From a virus (lineage: Duplodnaviria > Caudoviricetes): a stretch of DNA of 40,213 nucleotides. The position numbers were made by a program, and so were the translations under genes. This document shows, one piece after another, positions 9,843 to 18,070 of the stretch. The notes below the pieces were generated by a model, which did no database searches, was not told where the DNA came from, and saw only the letters and a list, made by a program, of their open reading frames with translations. Position 1 is the first letter of the stretch. Each line of letters begins with the position of its first letter. The DNA lies in the IMG/VR virus record IMGVR_UViG_3300019874_000012, positions 1-40,213 of that record; one strand, 5' to 3'.

Positions 9843-10973
9843 ATGGGCGGCTTCAATCCTATAAATCCCACAAAATATAAAGGTACTGATAAGTACATCA
9901 CCTTTTTTGTCTCTAGAAATAGAAGTCCAACAAGTGCTGATTTTAAACAGCCAGAAACGGGAAGACTTTATAGCATAGGAACTGTTTGGCAAGTAGGTAA
10001 AGATCCAACAACGGGAGTTGAAGGGGATCTTTGGATGCTTTCTAAGATTGTGGCCAATGTAGCTTATTGGTTGATGCTTACTCAAAATACTGGACCCATT
10101 CTTAATATTGCAGTCCCATTAGGAGTTTCGCCTATTGAGCCAGATATTGGTGGAACCATAACATTTACTTCTACAGGCGGAACTTTAGCCATTACTGGAT
10201 CTTCTGCCAATCCTAATAATCATTTCATTAACTTTGACTTAGTTGGCGGAACTGGAGCAATTGACTCTGTAGCCGTGCAATCCATTACAGCCCCTGGAGT
10301 AACACCTGTTTTCCCAACAGCATTAGGGTTAATTACTGTAAATGGTGCAGTAGTAGCAAATCATTCGGTAGTATTAGAGACAAGATCTAGAGCTTTAAAT
10401 GCATATAATTTGGAAGTTCAATATGCCACCTCAGCAGCTGCTACAGATGGTACAAAAAGTGGAGTGGCACATTTCAACTCAGGTCAATTCAGTGTAGATG
10501 CAGTTGGATTTGTTTCCTTATCAGGTACTGGATCAGGTCAGACAATTACAGGTGATACTGGAGGACCATTAAGCCCTACGGCAGGTAATTGGAACGTATT
10601 GGGCAGATCAGGATCTAAGACTTCCGGCTCAGGTTCTACTCTTACAGTAAATAGTCCTCCTTTTTCACAAGTAGCTGCAACTTCAACAAGCGTTTTAAAT
10701 AGCGGGGAATTCGTCACAGCTGCCGTAACTCGTACATTGCCTGCAACAGCAGGATTGTTAGATGGAGATCTTGTTATATACTATTGTACAACTGCTAGCG
10801 CTCTTATTATAACAGCAAATACAGGTCAAACTATAAGAATCGGAACATTGGTTAGCTCATCAGCTGGAACTGCTACTAGCACTGCAATAGGTGATACTGT
10901 AACTCTTAGATTCGATGCAACCGCAGTTTCTTGGAGATGCGTTTCAGTAATAGGAACATGGCTTTTAGCTTAA
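9843..10973 (+). CDS. Second fibre-like virion protein
   Basis: AGGAG RBS; Gly/Thr-rich; shares a VQYA...G(I/V)A.F.S..F.VDA.GFV.L module with 7674..9542. Confidence 0.7.
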   Translation: MGGFNPINPTKYKGTDKYITFFVSRNRSPTSADFKQPETGRLYSIGTVWQVGKDPTTGVEGDLWMLSKIVANVAYWLMLTQNTGPILNIAVPLGVSPIEPDIGGTITFTSTGGTLAITGSSANPNNHFINFDLVGGTGAIDSVAVQSITAPGVTPVFPTALGLITVNGAVVANHSVVLETRSRALNAYNLEVQYATSAAATDGTKSGVAHFNSGQFSVDAVGFVSLSGTGSGQTITGDTGGPLSPTAGNWNVLGRSGSKTSGSGSTLTVNSPPFSQVAATSTSVLNSGEFVTAAVTRTLPATAGLLDGDLVIYYCTTASALIITANTGQTIRIGTLVSSSAGTATSTAIGDTVTLRFDATAVSWRCVSVIGTWLLA

Positions 10974-10980
10974 GGAAAAC

Positions 10981-12300
10981 ATGACATTTACACATGCTTT
11001 ATCAACAAATAGATATGGTGAATATGCTGCTATAGTAGCTACATCTGCAGCAAACGGAACTCATACTACTCTAGCTTCTGCAATGGCAGCCTGCGTATCT
11101 GGTGATACGATCATGTTAAGAGATAGCGTTACAGAGAATCTAACCATTACTCCAGGGGTTAACATAATAGGAGCAATGGGCGGATCATTGAATCTACCTT
11201 CAATTACTGGTACTCTTACGATGACAGGTGCTGGAACAAGTAATATTTCTAACATAAGATTAGTCACTAATTCGGCAGCTTTAATTGCAGTTACAGGTAG
11301 CGCCGCAAGCATTTTGAATTTGATGAATTGTTATTTAAACTGTTCAAATAATACAGGTATAACTTTTTCAGCAGCCAACACTTCAGCACAAATAAATCTA
11401 AATAATTGTTTGGGCAACCTTGGAACGACTGGGATTGCTTATTTTTCTGATAGCTCTACTGGACAAATGAATATTGTTAGCTGCAATTTTCTAAACACTG
11501 GATCATCTCTAACAGCAAGCACCAAGTCGGCTGGTAGGCTGTACATGAATACTTCAGTATTTACAAATGCTATAACTTACTCTTCTTCTAACAGTGCAAG
11601 TAGTTTCTTCTATAGCAATGTTGATATGTCATCCTTAAATACTACAGCACTAACAACAAGCGGTACAGGAACACTAACAGTAGTAGGAAGTTATTTTGCA
11701 TCTGGAACGGCATCGGCAATTTCTATTGGAACAGGAACAACAATTAATCTATCCAACTCAAATGCAAATAGCAGTAACACGAATAGCATCACGGGCGCAG
11801 GTACTATTTTATATTCAGGGATCACATTTGCTGGGACTTCTAAGGTTATAAACACAACTACTCAAACAGATTCAGGAACCTTGCAAGGATCTAAAAATAC
11901 TGCCCCTTCAGCTGGATTTTTAGGAGAACAAATAAGAGCCACTATTGCTTCAGGATCTGCAGCTAACTTAGTAAATAATACTCCTACCAACATAACCAGT
12001 ATTTCTTTAACGGCAGGGATTTGGGATGTAACAGGCATAGCTCAAGTTTCAGGAGCTGCTGGAACGACAACAAGCTGGCAAGGTTCTGTCGGGACAACGA
12101 GCGCAACTTTAGGGACTGGTGGAGATAATAATATGAATGGGTCAAATGCCACTTTAGGCGTTACAGATGGGTGCGCTACAGTGCCAGCATATCGATTAAC
12201 ATTAACTGCAACAACAACGACATATCTTGTTTGTCAAGCAACAATTGCAGCAGGAACAGTGAAGCCTTACGGCAGAATTTCAGCTACTCGAGTGGGATAA
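10981..12300 (+). CDS. Tailspike / pectin-lyase-like beta-helix protein
   Basis: N-terminal cap HTTLASAMAACVSGDTIML...TENLTITPGVNIIG followed by Asn/Cys-ladder repeats. Confidence 0.7.
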   Translation: MTFTHALSTNRYGEYAAIVATSAANGTHTTLASAMAACVSGDTIMLRDSVTENLTITPGVNIIGAMGGSLNLPSITGTLTMTGAGTSNISNIRLVTNSAALIAVTGSAASILNLMNCYLNCSNNTGITFSAANTSAQINLNNCLGNLGTTGIAYFSDSSTGQMNIVSCNFLNTGSSLTASTKSAGRLYMNTSVFTNAITYSSSNSASSFFYSNVDMSSLNTTALTTSGTGTLTVVGSYFASGTASAISIGTGTTINLSNSNANSSNTNSITGAGTILYSGITFAGTSKVINTTTQTDSGTLQGSKNTAPSAGFLGEQIRATIASGSAANLVNNTPTNITSISLTAGIWDVTGIAQVSGAAGTTTSWQGSVGTTSATLGTGGDNNMNGSNATLGVTDGCATVPAYRLTLTATTTTYLVCQATIAAGTVKPYGRISATRVG

Positions 12301-12305
12301 ATTTT

Positions 12306-12328
12306 CAATGTAAAGCGGCTTTACATTG
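12306..12328. promoter_or_regulatory. Palindrome CAATGTAAAG-CGG-CTTTACATTG, copy 2 (possible terminator or operator at the convergence point)
   Basis: 10-bp arms between convergent operons; core identical to 1256-1274. Confidence 0.6.
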
Positions 12329-12488
12329 GCGAAATTGGCAAAGATACATTTGCATCTACTTTAGGTGAAGTGCTTAGCTCATCATCTACTAAATCTGTTG
12401 CTGTACCATGCGTAGCAATATTAGTTAAGTTTAAGGTGCAACTAGGGAGTGATAGGATTAGCCCAATTATCAACAACTTTTTCTTCAT
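12321..12488 (-). CDS. 55-aa predicted lipoprotein (absent from the ORF track)
   Basis: MKKKLLIIGLILSLPS-CTLNLTNIATHGTATDLVDDELSTSPKVDANVSLPISPM: basic N-region, hydrophobic core, LPSC lipobox-like site; GGAGAGG RBS. Confidence 0.7.
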   Translation of the reverse strand: MKKKLLIIGLILSLPSCTLNLTNIATHGTATDLVDDELSTSPKVDANVSLPISPM

Positions 12489-12663
12489 TATCCTCTCCGG
12501 AATGTTTAATGTTTAGCAAATACATTAAGGATTTTCCTAATCCATTTCCTTCTTCTATCTTCTCTAGAACAATAGCGGTTTCTAAAAGATTTAGTCCACA
12601 TTCATATGTAAGCCACCGAGCAAGATGCAATTTCATCAATGTAATTTGTGTTTCTTTTTCCAT
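12442..12663 (-). CDS. Hypothetical protein
   Basis: 73 aa ORF overlapping the end of erf, in the same operon. Confidence 0.45.
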   Translation of the reverse strand: MEKETQITLMKLHLARWLTYECGLNLLETAIVLEKIEEGNGLGKSLMYLLNIKHSGEDNEEKVVDNWANPITP

Positions 12664-13289
12664 GCCTCAAATTTCTTTTTTAGATTAGATTCATCTTTTA
12701 GAAATGCTTCTGTGCAGTCAGATTTAGTCCACTTGAAATGCTTCATAACTTCATCCATATACTCTACAAACATGAACCTATCTTCTTTATCGAAAATTTC
12801 TAAAAGCTTTACGAATTTTTCTTCGCTTTTTTCTTCAGGCTTTTCAACTGCTTTTTTCTTTTGCTGATCATATTTCCCGCGTCCTGATGCTGTTTCTCCA
12901 TCATCATCTTCAGAGACAAGACCAAGTAGGGTTGCAATAGAATATCTACGCATATAGGTTACTGATGCGCCCAAGCCTTGGCTATCTTGTTTAGGGTTTA
13001 ATATAGGTAGATAGGATTTTAACCATTGGCCGCTCTCTGGATGTATTAAAGTAGCCACAATTAAAGGCTGAGAATAGCTTCCATTGCCTGCTTGCACTAA
13101 TATTAGGCCATTTTCTAGTAAGTGTTCTTCTGAAGCATCGATATAGGCATTTAGAGATGCATAATTTGATTTATGAAAAGGATTCTTAGAGTCTTTTTTG
13201 ACTGTGCCTATTTCTTGTTTAGCTTTCATAAGTTTTGCCAGAACGATATCATTTTTATCGCTCATCTGAGGCAATAAATTATCACTCAT
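12636..13289 (-). CDS. erf: ERF-family single-strand annealing protein
   Basis: KNPFHKSNYASL and QGLGASVTYMRRYSIATLLGLVSEDDDG signature motifs. Confidence 0.92.
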   Translation of the reverse strand: MSDNLLPQMSDKNDIVLAKLMKAKQEIGTVKKDSKNPFHKSNYASLNAYIDASEEHLLENGLILVQAGNGSYSQPLIVATLIHPESGQWLKSYLPILNPKQDSQGLGASVTYMRRYSIATLLGLVSEDDDGETASGRGKYDQQKKKAVEKPEEKSEEKFVKLLEIFDKEDRFMFVEYMDEVMKHFKWTKSDCTEAFLKDESNLKKKFEAWKKKHKLH

Positions 13290-13495
13290 TTATATCCCCT
13301 ATAAATTGGATTTCTAGCTTGTTCACGAAGCCAAGCTTCTTCATCTTTCTTTTCGAAATCTCGAATATCATCACCGAAATCTCTTTCAGCACGATAAGAT
13401 CTTTGTGGAGGACTTCTTGTCGTTTCAACAGATGGAACCGGTATGACATTTTTACGCCATTTATCTAAACGCTCTTGAAATTTTTGATCTAACAT
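13286..13495 (-). CDS. Hypothetical protein
   Basis: 69 aa ORF coupled between the nuclease and erf. Confidence 0.6.
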   Translation of the reverse strand: MLDQKFQERLDKWRKNVIPVPSVETTRSPPQRSYRAERDFGDDIRDFEKKDEEAWLREQARNPIYRGYK

Positions 13496-13498
13496 TTA

Positions 13499-14041
13499 TT
13501 AATCCTTTTGAAAGAAGTGGTTGTATATGCGTAATACGGCTAAAAAAAAAGAGTCATCCACAGGATATTCATATATTTTAGCCTCTTTCCCATGTTTATT
13601 AAGATGTAAGAAGAAGATTTTCTGAATGTCATAGCCTGCTTTCTTTGCGAGAAGGGCATAAGCAGAACCTTGTGCTGCCCAGGTTTTTGATGGTTTATTG
13701 GAAGTTTTAAGATCAACAATTGCTAAACCCTCTGGAATATTGATAATCAAATCAACTTGGCCAGTAATTTCTAATTCATCATCCCAAAAACGTTTCTCCA
13801 TAGCAACTATACTATGACCTTTTTCCCACCATTTCTTAAATGATTCAACATAACCCCATGTTTCTTCATCAATTCCAAATTCACCTATCCCTTCTATAAT
13901 ACCTTCACAAATCTTATGAACTTTTGTTCCTCTTTCAGCGGCATATGCTACAATTTCTGCATCAATTTTTTCTAATCCTGAGAGGGGATATAAAATATTT
14001 GTGACTCTTGTGTAGTTTTCTCTAGATTTTTTGTCTTTCAA
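13499..14041 (-). CDS. PD-(D/E)XK nuclease (RecB/Cas4-like phage exonuclease)
   Basis: TRVTNIL, RGTKVH, E...GQVDL...IVDLKTS, Q..AY motifs; adjacent to erf; TTG start. Confidence 0.88.
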   Translation of the reverse strand: MKDKKSRENYTRVTNILYPLSGLEKIDAEIVAYAAERGTKVHKICEGIIEGIGEFGIDEETWGYVESFKKWWEKGHSIVAMEKRFWDDELEITGQVDLIINIPEGLAIVDLKTSNKPSKTWAAQGSAYALLAKKAGYDIQKIFFLHLNKHGKEAKIYEYPVDDSFFLAVLRIYNHFFQKD

Positions 14042-14188
14042 AGTGTAAAGTTTCTTTATTTATTATTTTAGGTTGATATCTATAGAAGGTGATTTAAAAA
14101 TCAGTTTAGTGTTAAATACTTAATTTATTTTTAAGCTAACAGATATGTAGGAATGTGACAAGATTTTTTTTTAATTTACGGTAAAACC

Positions 14189-14371
14189 ATGTTTGAGATT
14201 TTTGACATCAATGAAGAATTGTTAAAGCAGGGATTGCCTTCTGAAATTCAAGAAACGGTTTTAAATAAAGTATTTGACATGTTAGGGTTATGCCAAAAAG
14301 AAGACCTAGAAAGAGACAGAGAATTTTTAAGGTTAAAGAAAGAAGCTGACAAGAATAAAGAAAGAATTTAG
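14189..14371 (+). CDS. Hypothetical protein
   Basis: 60 aa ORF, first gene of the rightward replication unit. Confidence 0.5.
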   Translation: MFEIFDINEELLKQGLPSEIQETVLNKVFDMLGLCQKEDLERDREFLRLKKEADKNKERI

Positions 14372-14387
14372 TTTATATTAACAAAAA

Positions 14388-14411
14388 CTTGAGGGGAAAT
14401 TTCCCCTCAAG
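14388..14411. terminator. Perfect 24-bp palindrome, terminator-like
   Basis: CTTGAGGGGAAATTTCCCCTCAAG; followed by a T-run on the minus strand. Confidence 0.6.
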
Positions 14412-14416
14412 CGTGT

Positions 14417-14524
14417 ACTATATACCTACACCAAGAAAAAAAATCCCTACCACAGGATTTTTAAAAAAGACTACTAAAGCAACCAATAATGACCAGTAGT
14501 CTATCTTGGTAGTAGGTATATAGT
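14417..14524. ncRNA. Candidate structured RNA (or DNA) three-way junction
   Basis: 20-bp outer stem 14417-14436/14504-14524 with one bulge, enclosing AAAAATCC/GGATTTTT and AGACTACT/AGTAGTCT hairpins. Confidence 0.5.
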
Positions 14525-14550
14525 CCATAACAAAGTTTGTTTGGAGACAT

Positions 14551-14832
14551 ATGGATTTATACGCTATTACCTCACAAGAGGTCCTTGATAGGATTTCTCG
14601 TCACTGTCCTGCCTCTCTTTCTGCATATTTACAATGCTTAAATAGAGCAAATGCCAATGGAACCATTTTCTTTTCAAGAGATTTGGTTGAAATTGATATG
14701 TCTGAAAGATGGTCACCATTTAAAAATCATATAAAGAAGCTTGCCTTAGAGAATCTTCTTGAATGGCATCCATTTGATAATGGAATTTCTGTAACTTTGG
14801 CAATTTTAGAAGGTGAAAATGAAGATGAATAA
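14551..14832 (+). CDS. Hypothetical protein, possibly winged-helix
   Basis: 93 aa, GGAG RBS; the pattern HIKKLALENLLEW resembles a wHTH recognition helix/wing. Confidence 0.55.
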   Translation: MDLYAITSQEVLDRISRHCPASLSAYLQCLNRANANGTIFFSRDLVEIDMSERWSPFKNHIKKLALENLLEWHPFDNGISVTLAILEGENEDE

Positions 14833-15091
14833 AGCTATATGCTGTGATGGTTGTTTTGAGCTTATTGGTATGAGAAATGTATACGCCGCCAGATTATGGC
14901 TAGATTTATGCAACTTAAAGGTTAAGAACGGTATTTTTGGGGTTAAGACTTCAGATTTACCAGAAATACGAATGTTAGAAGTATTGGGATTTATTACAAC
15001 AACAGACTCTGAAGAACATATTATGATTCGAGTAAACGGAGATAAAAATGACCAAGAAGGCCCTTTCTTCTGTTGCGGAAATTGCAATTGA
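14813..15091 (+). CDS. Cys-rich hypothetical protein
   Basis: CCDGC and CCGNC motifs; coupled to neighbours. Confidence 0.55.
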   Translation: MKMKMNKAICCDGCFELIGMRNVYAARLWLDLCNLKVKNGIFGVKTSDLPEIRMLEVLGFITTTDSEEHIMIRVNGDKNDQEGPFFCCGNCN

Positions 15092-15392
15092 CAACCTTAA
15101 AATTTGTTCAAAATGCAATGAAGCAAAAGACAAAAACGCCGATTATTATTTTATAAAAGGCAATGCAAGAAGTGACTGTAAAAAATGTACCATTAAAAGA
15201 AACATTCTTTATCAGCGCTCCGTGCAAAAATGGAAGCATCGTTATGTCGATAACGATACGCAAAGATCCTATATGGTTGAATATTACCGAAAAAATAAAG
15301 AGAAATTTGCTGCGTATCGACGTAAATTTAAAGAAGAATATCCAGAATATTATAAGAATTATGCAAGAGCAAGAAAAAACAAACCAATTTAA
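15048..15392 (+). CDS. Zn-ribbon protein (resembles the N-terminal domain of HNH/endonuclease VII proteins; no nuclease domain)
   Basis: KICSKC...SDCKKC followed by a Y/K/R-rich helix; start uncertain. Confidence 0.6.
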   Translation: MTKKALSSVAEIAIDNLKICSKCNEAKDKNADYYFIKGNARSDCKKCTIKRNILYQRSVQKWKHRYVDNDTQRSYMVEYYRKNKEKFAAYRRKFKEEYPEYYKNYARARKNKPI

Positions 15393-15393
15393 A

Positions 15394-15424
15394 TACAAAA
15401 ACCCGAGTAAAACGGGTTTTTGTA
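15394..15424 (+). terminator. Intrinsic terminator upstream of the replication initiator
   Basis: TACAAAAACCCG-AGTAAAA-CGGGTTTTTGTA. Confidence 0.65.
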
Positions 15425-15534
15425 GAGGAGACTAATGACTAATATAAAAACAATTAATTCACAAAAACCCGTAATAAGGAGACTAATGAGTAATAAAAAC
15501 CCAATCACCCATAATAAGGATTCTAATGACTAAT
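15425..15534 (+). repeat. Three imperfect direct repeats, each containing RBS+ATG
   Basis: AGGAGACTAATGACTAAT, AGGAGACTAATGAGTAAT and AGGATTCTAATGACTAAT, with ATGs at 15435, 15486 and 15526. Confidence 0.8.
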
Positions 15535-16476
15535 CTAGAACCAATTCTTCCAGATTCATCGATTAATGTCAATGATTCCAACATATCCGACAATTCCGAT
15601 ATGGATATGTCTATTCAAAGATGCCCCCATGATGAAGAAAATCCCTATGCGATCATAAGTAGGCAACTTATTAGAGACGCAAGCATTTCTCCCGAATGTC
15701 GTTGGCTTCTTATCTATCTTCTTTCTATGAAAGACGGATGGAAAATCAATGTGAAGCAATTGGTTGCACATCTTAAGCCCCATATGGGAAGAAATAGAGT
15801 CTATGCTGCGGTAAATGAAGCCATTGAAGCAGGCTATATGAAAAGGGAAGAAATAAAGACCAGTAAAGGCAAAAATAATTTAATCACTCAGTTTAAATAT
15901 TATGTCTCTGAGCGACCTAAATTCAAAAAATGTTTTCGACATCCCGGTTTTCGGGATACCGAAAACAAGGATATAAAAGATATAGTATTATATAAGAAAA
16001 AACATATAACTCCTCCTATACCTCCTCTTGCTACCGATCTGCCCAAAGGGGCAGAGGCAGCTAAAGCTGCCGAGATGGAGATCGAGCATTCTCCAAAGAT
16101 TAAAAGATCAAAGCCAGAATTCAATTCCAAAGTTAGGGAAGTTGGCAATCAAATTATCAATTCCCTTTTGCGGGCCAAACCTGATTACTCCCATCCAAAG
16201 AATCTTTCCCCTTTGCTAACGGAAGTTGATTTCTTATTGCGCTTAGACAAGCGAAATCCTGAAAAAGTGATTGATGTTTTGAATTGGGCGCTTGCTGATT
16301 CCTTTTGGATTGATAAAATGTTTAAACCAAACCCAGCAAAATATCTCCGTGAGAAATTTGACCAACTTGAAATGAAGATGAACGCTAAACCCTTTGCAAA
16401 TCCTAATCAAGTTGACCGTAGGTTACGAGACAAAGACGGCCAAGTTGTCGATGCTTATAAGGATTTAATGTTCTGA
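15526..16476 (+). CDS. Phage replication initiator protein
   Basis: N-terminal NPYAIISRQLIRDASIS...LLIYLLSMKDGWKI HTH; C-terminal W...D.FW......P..LREKFDQL domain; followed by a DnaC-like gene. Confidence 0.85.
   Translation: MTNLEPILPDSSINVNDSNISDNSDMDMSIQRCPHDEENPYAIISRQLIRDASISPECRWLLIYLLSMKDGWKINVKQLVAHLKPHMGRNRVYAAVNEAIEAGYMKREEIKTSKGKNNLITQFKYYVSERPKFKKCFRHPGFRDTENKDIKDIVLYKKKHITPPIPPLATDLPKGAEAAKAAEMEIEHSPKIKRSKPEFNSKVREVGNQIINSLLRAKPDYSHPKNLSPLLTEVDFLLRLDKRNPEKVIDVLNWALADSFWIDKMFKPNPAKYLREKFDQLEMKMNAKPFANPNQVDRRLRDKDGQVVDAYKDLMF
15931..16009. other. Candidate replication origin within the initiator gene
   Basis: GTTTTCG at 15932 and 15947 plus inverted CGAAAAC at 15960 forming a dyad (15931-15967), followed by a ~40-bp AT-rich tract. 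Confidence 0.5.
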
Positions 16477-16991
16477 TGACTAAAAAATTATTAAGTGAAG
16501 AAATTGTTTTAGATTTAAAAGACTATATTGAAAATCCTAATGGTTTTGTTTTATTAGTTGGAAAGAATGGAAGAGGAAAAAGCTTTGTGGCTATGCAAAT
16601 TTATGATGCTTCTACGCCCTTCAAATTGCCTGCTTATGACCACGATTGCGCATGGTTTATCAATCAAGCGGATTTGAATAGCCTATTTTCCGAAGCTAAC
16701 GAAATTTATGGGACTTCAATTGAATTACTCAAAAAAGCGCATAGGACTAACCTTTTAGTTTTAGATGACTTAGGCACTCGCTGCCCGTCACCTGCATTTA
16801 TGGATTTTATCTATGCAATTATTGACAAAAGATGGAATGAGAGAGATAAGAAAGCTACGATTATCACGACTAATTTAGATTCTACCCGAATTAGGAAAGA
16901 TTTTGGCGATGCAATATTTAGCCGAATTGCTTCAGGTAGGATTTATGTAACAATCGGTGAAGATCGTAGATTTACAGATTTAGGCTTCTAA
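16476..16991 (+). CDS. DnaC/IstB-like AAA+ helicase loader
   Basis: Walker A GKNGRGKS, Walker B LLVLDDLG, TIITTN, SRI, GEDRR. Confidence 0.9.
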   Translation: MTKKLLSEEIVLDLKDYIENPNGFVLLVGKNGRGKSFVAMQIYDASTPFKLPAYDHDCAWFINQADLNSLFSEANEIYGTSIELLKKAHRTNLLVLDDLGTRCPSPAFMDFIYAIIDKRWNERDKKATIITTNLDSTRIRKDFGDAIFSRIASGRIYVTIGEDRRFTDLGF

Positions 16992-17091
16992 GCGATTTTT
17001 TATATTCATAGGAGGTTTGGTATCCTAAATGAATTTTAGATCACTGGAGGCCATTTAAAGTGGCAAAAAACAGTATTCAAAAGGAGAACGT

Positions 17092-17415
17092 ATGATAGAA
17101 GTAGAAAATATCAATGCAATTAACAAAGGAACTCTATTGGCAACATGTGATGTGCATATCATTCCTTGGAAAATCAGATTGCATGAAGTGAAAATCTTTG
17201 AAAAAGGCACAAATCGTTGGATTGGTTTACCTGCTCGGGAATACATGAATGACAACAATGAAAAGAAATATATTGAGTTAATTTCCTTTGATGGGGAAGC
17301 AATAAAAAACCGATTTAGAAACCAAATTATGGGCGCGATAGATAAGTTTTTGCAGGGCAATCCAGAAATGAAGCCTATGGATGTGATTAAAGAAGATGAT
17401 GACTTACCTTTTTAA
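17092..17415 (+). CDS. SpoVG-like / SSB-like ssDNA-binding protein
   Basis: LLATCDV...IRLHEVKIF...RWIGLP pattern and acidic C-terminal DDDLPF tail; AGGAG RBS. Confidence 0.7.
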   Translation: MIEVENINAINKGTLLATCDVHIIPWKIRLHEVKIFEKGTNRWIGLPAREYMNDNNEKKYIELISFDGEAIKNRFRNQIMGAIDKFLQGNPEMKPMDVIKEDDDLPF

Positions 17416-17426
17416 ATTATAACTAT

Positions 17427-17795
17427 ATGAAAAATACAGAAAATAACTTTAAGGAATGTACTAGATGTAATCAGATTTTCGAGAAAAAAACATCTAGACA
17501 AATTTATTGTTTCACCTGCTCATTTAGGAAAAAAGCAAAGGTTCCTTATGTTAAAAAACCACAAGAATCTAAAATTTGTGTCATTTGTAACCAACAATTT
17601 ATGCCCGCTGCCAAAAATGAAAAGGTTTGTAGTCCATCTTGCAGAAATAATAAAAATGCCAAAGATTCTAAAGATAGATGGATAAATAGAAAAGAAAGAG
17701 ATACCCAACCAGGTTTAGAGGATTTTCTAAGTCGTGGAAGAGTAGCAAAAAAACGTACATCATGGATGCAAAAGTATAACCCATGTCAATCATGA
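17427..17795 (+). CDS. Zn-finger protein
   Basis: Two CxxC...CxxC/CxxxC units. Confidence 0.65.
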   Translation: MKNTENNFKECTRCNQIFEKKTSRQIYCFTCSFRKKAKVPYVKKPQESKICVICNQQFMPAAKNEKVCSPSCRNNKNAKDSKDRWINRKERDTQPGLEDFLSRGRVAKKRTSWMQKYNPCQS

Positions 17796-18070
17796 GCGAC
17801 CAAGAAGCAAGCGAATTATTTATTAGAAGAGTTTCATGGCTTAAGAAAAATCTTTCATATGATGAAATCTATGAATTTGCAGAACAAGCTTTAACTTGTG
17901 CAGATTTTTTCTTAGGTAAATGGAATGAATGGGAAGATATAGCCGATGAAGTTAACAAAAATACTACAGCGGGACAGTGGATTAAAAATCTAGTAGGTTT
18001 ACGGATTCTTGAAAAAAAGGGCTATGAAGGAAGGGTAAATGTAGTAATGAAAACTAAAAAAGAGATATGA
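17783..18070 (+). CDS. Hypothetical protein
   Basis: 95 aa coupled ORF. Confidence 0.55.
   Translation: MSIMSDQEASELFIRRVSWLKKNLSYDEIYEFAEQALTCADFFLGKWNEWEDIADEVNKNTTAGQWIKNLVGLRILEKKGYEGRVNVVMKTKKEI

Noticed and set aside
13499-14041. Cas4-like nuclease as part of a CRISPR system
   Set aside because: No Fe-S cysteines, no other cas genes and no repeat-spacer array; context next to erf indicates a recombination exonuclease.
15425-15534. Mini CRISPR array
   Set aside because: The repeats are imperfect, unevenly spaced (51 and 40 bp) and consist of RBS+ATG sequences.
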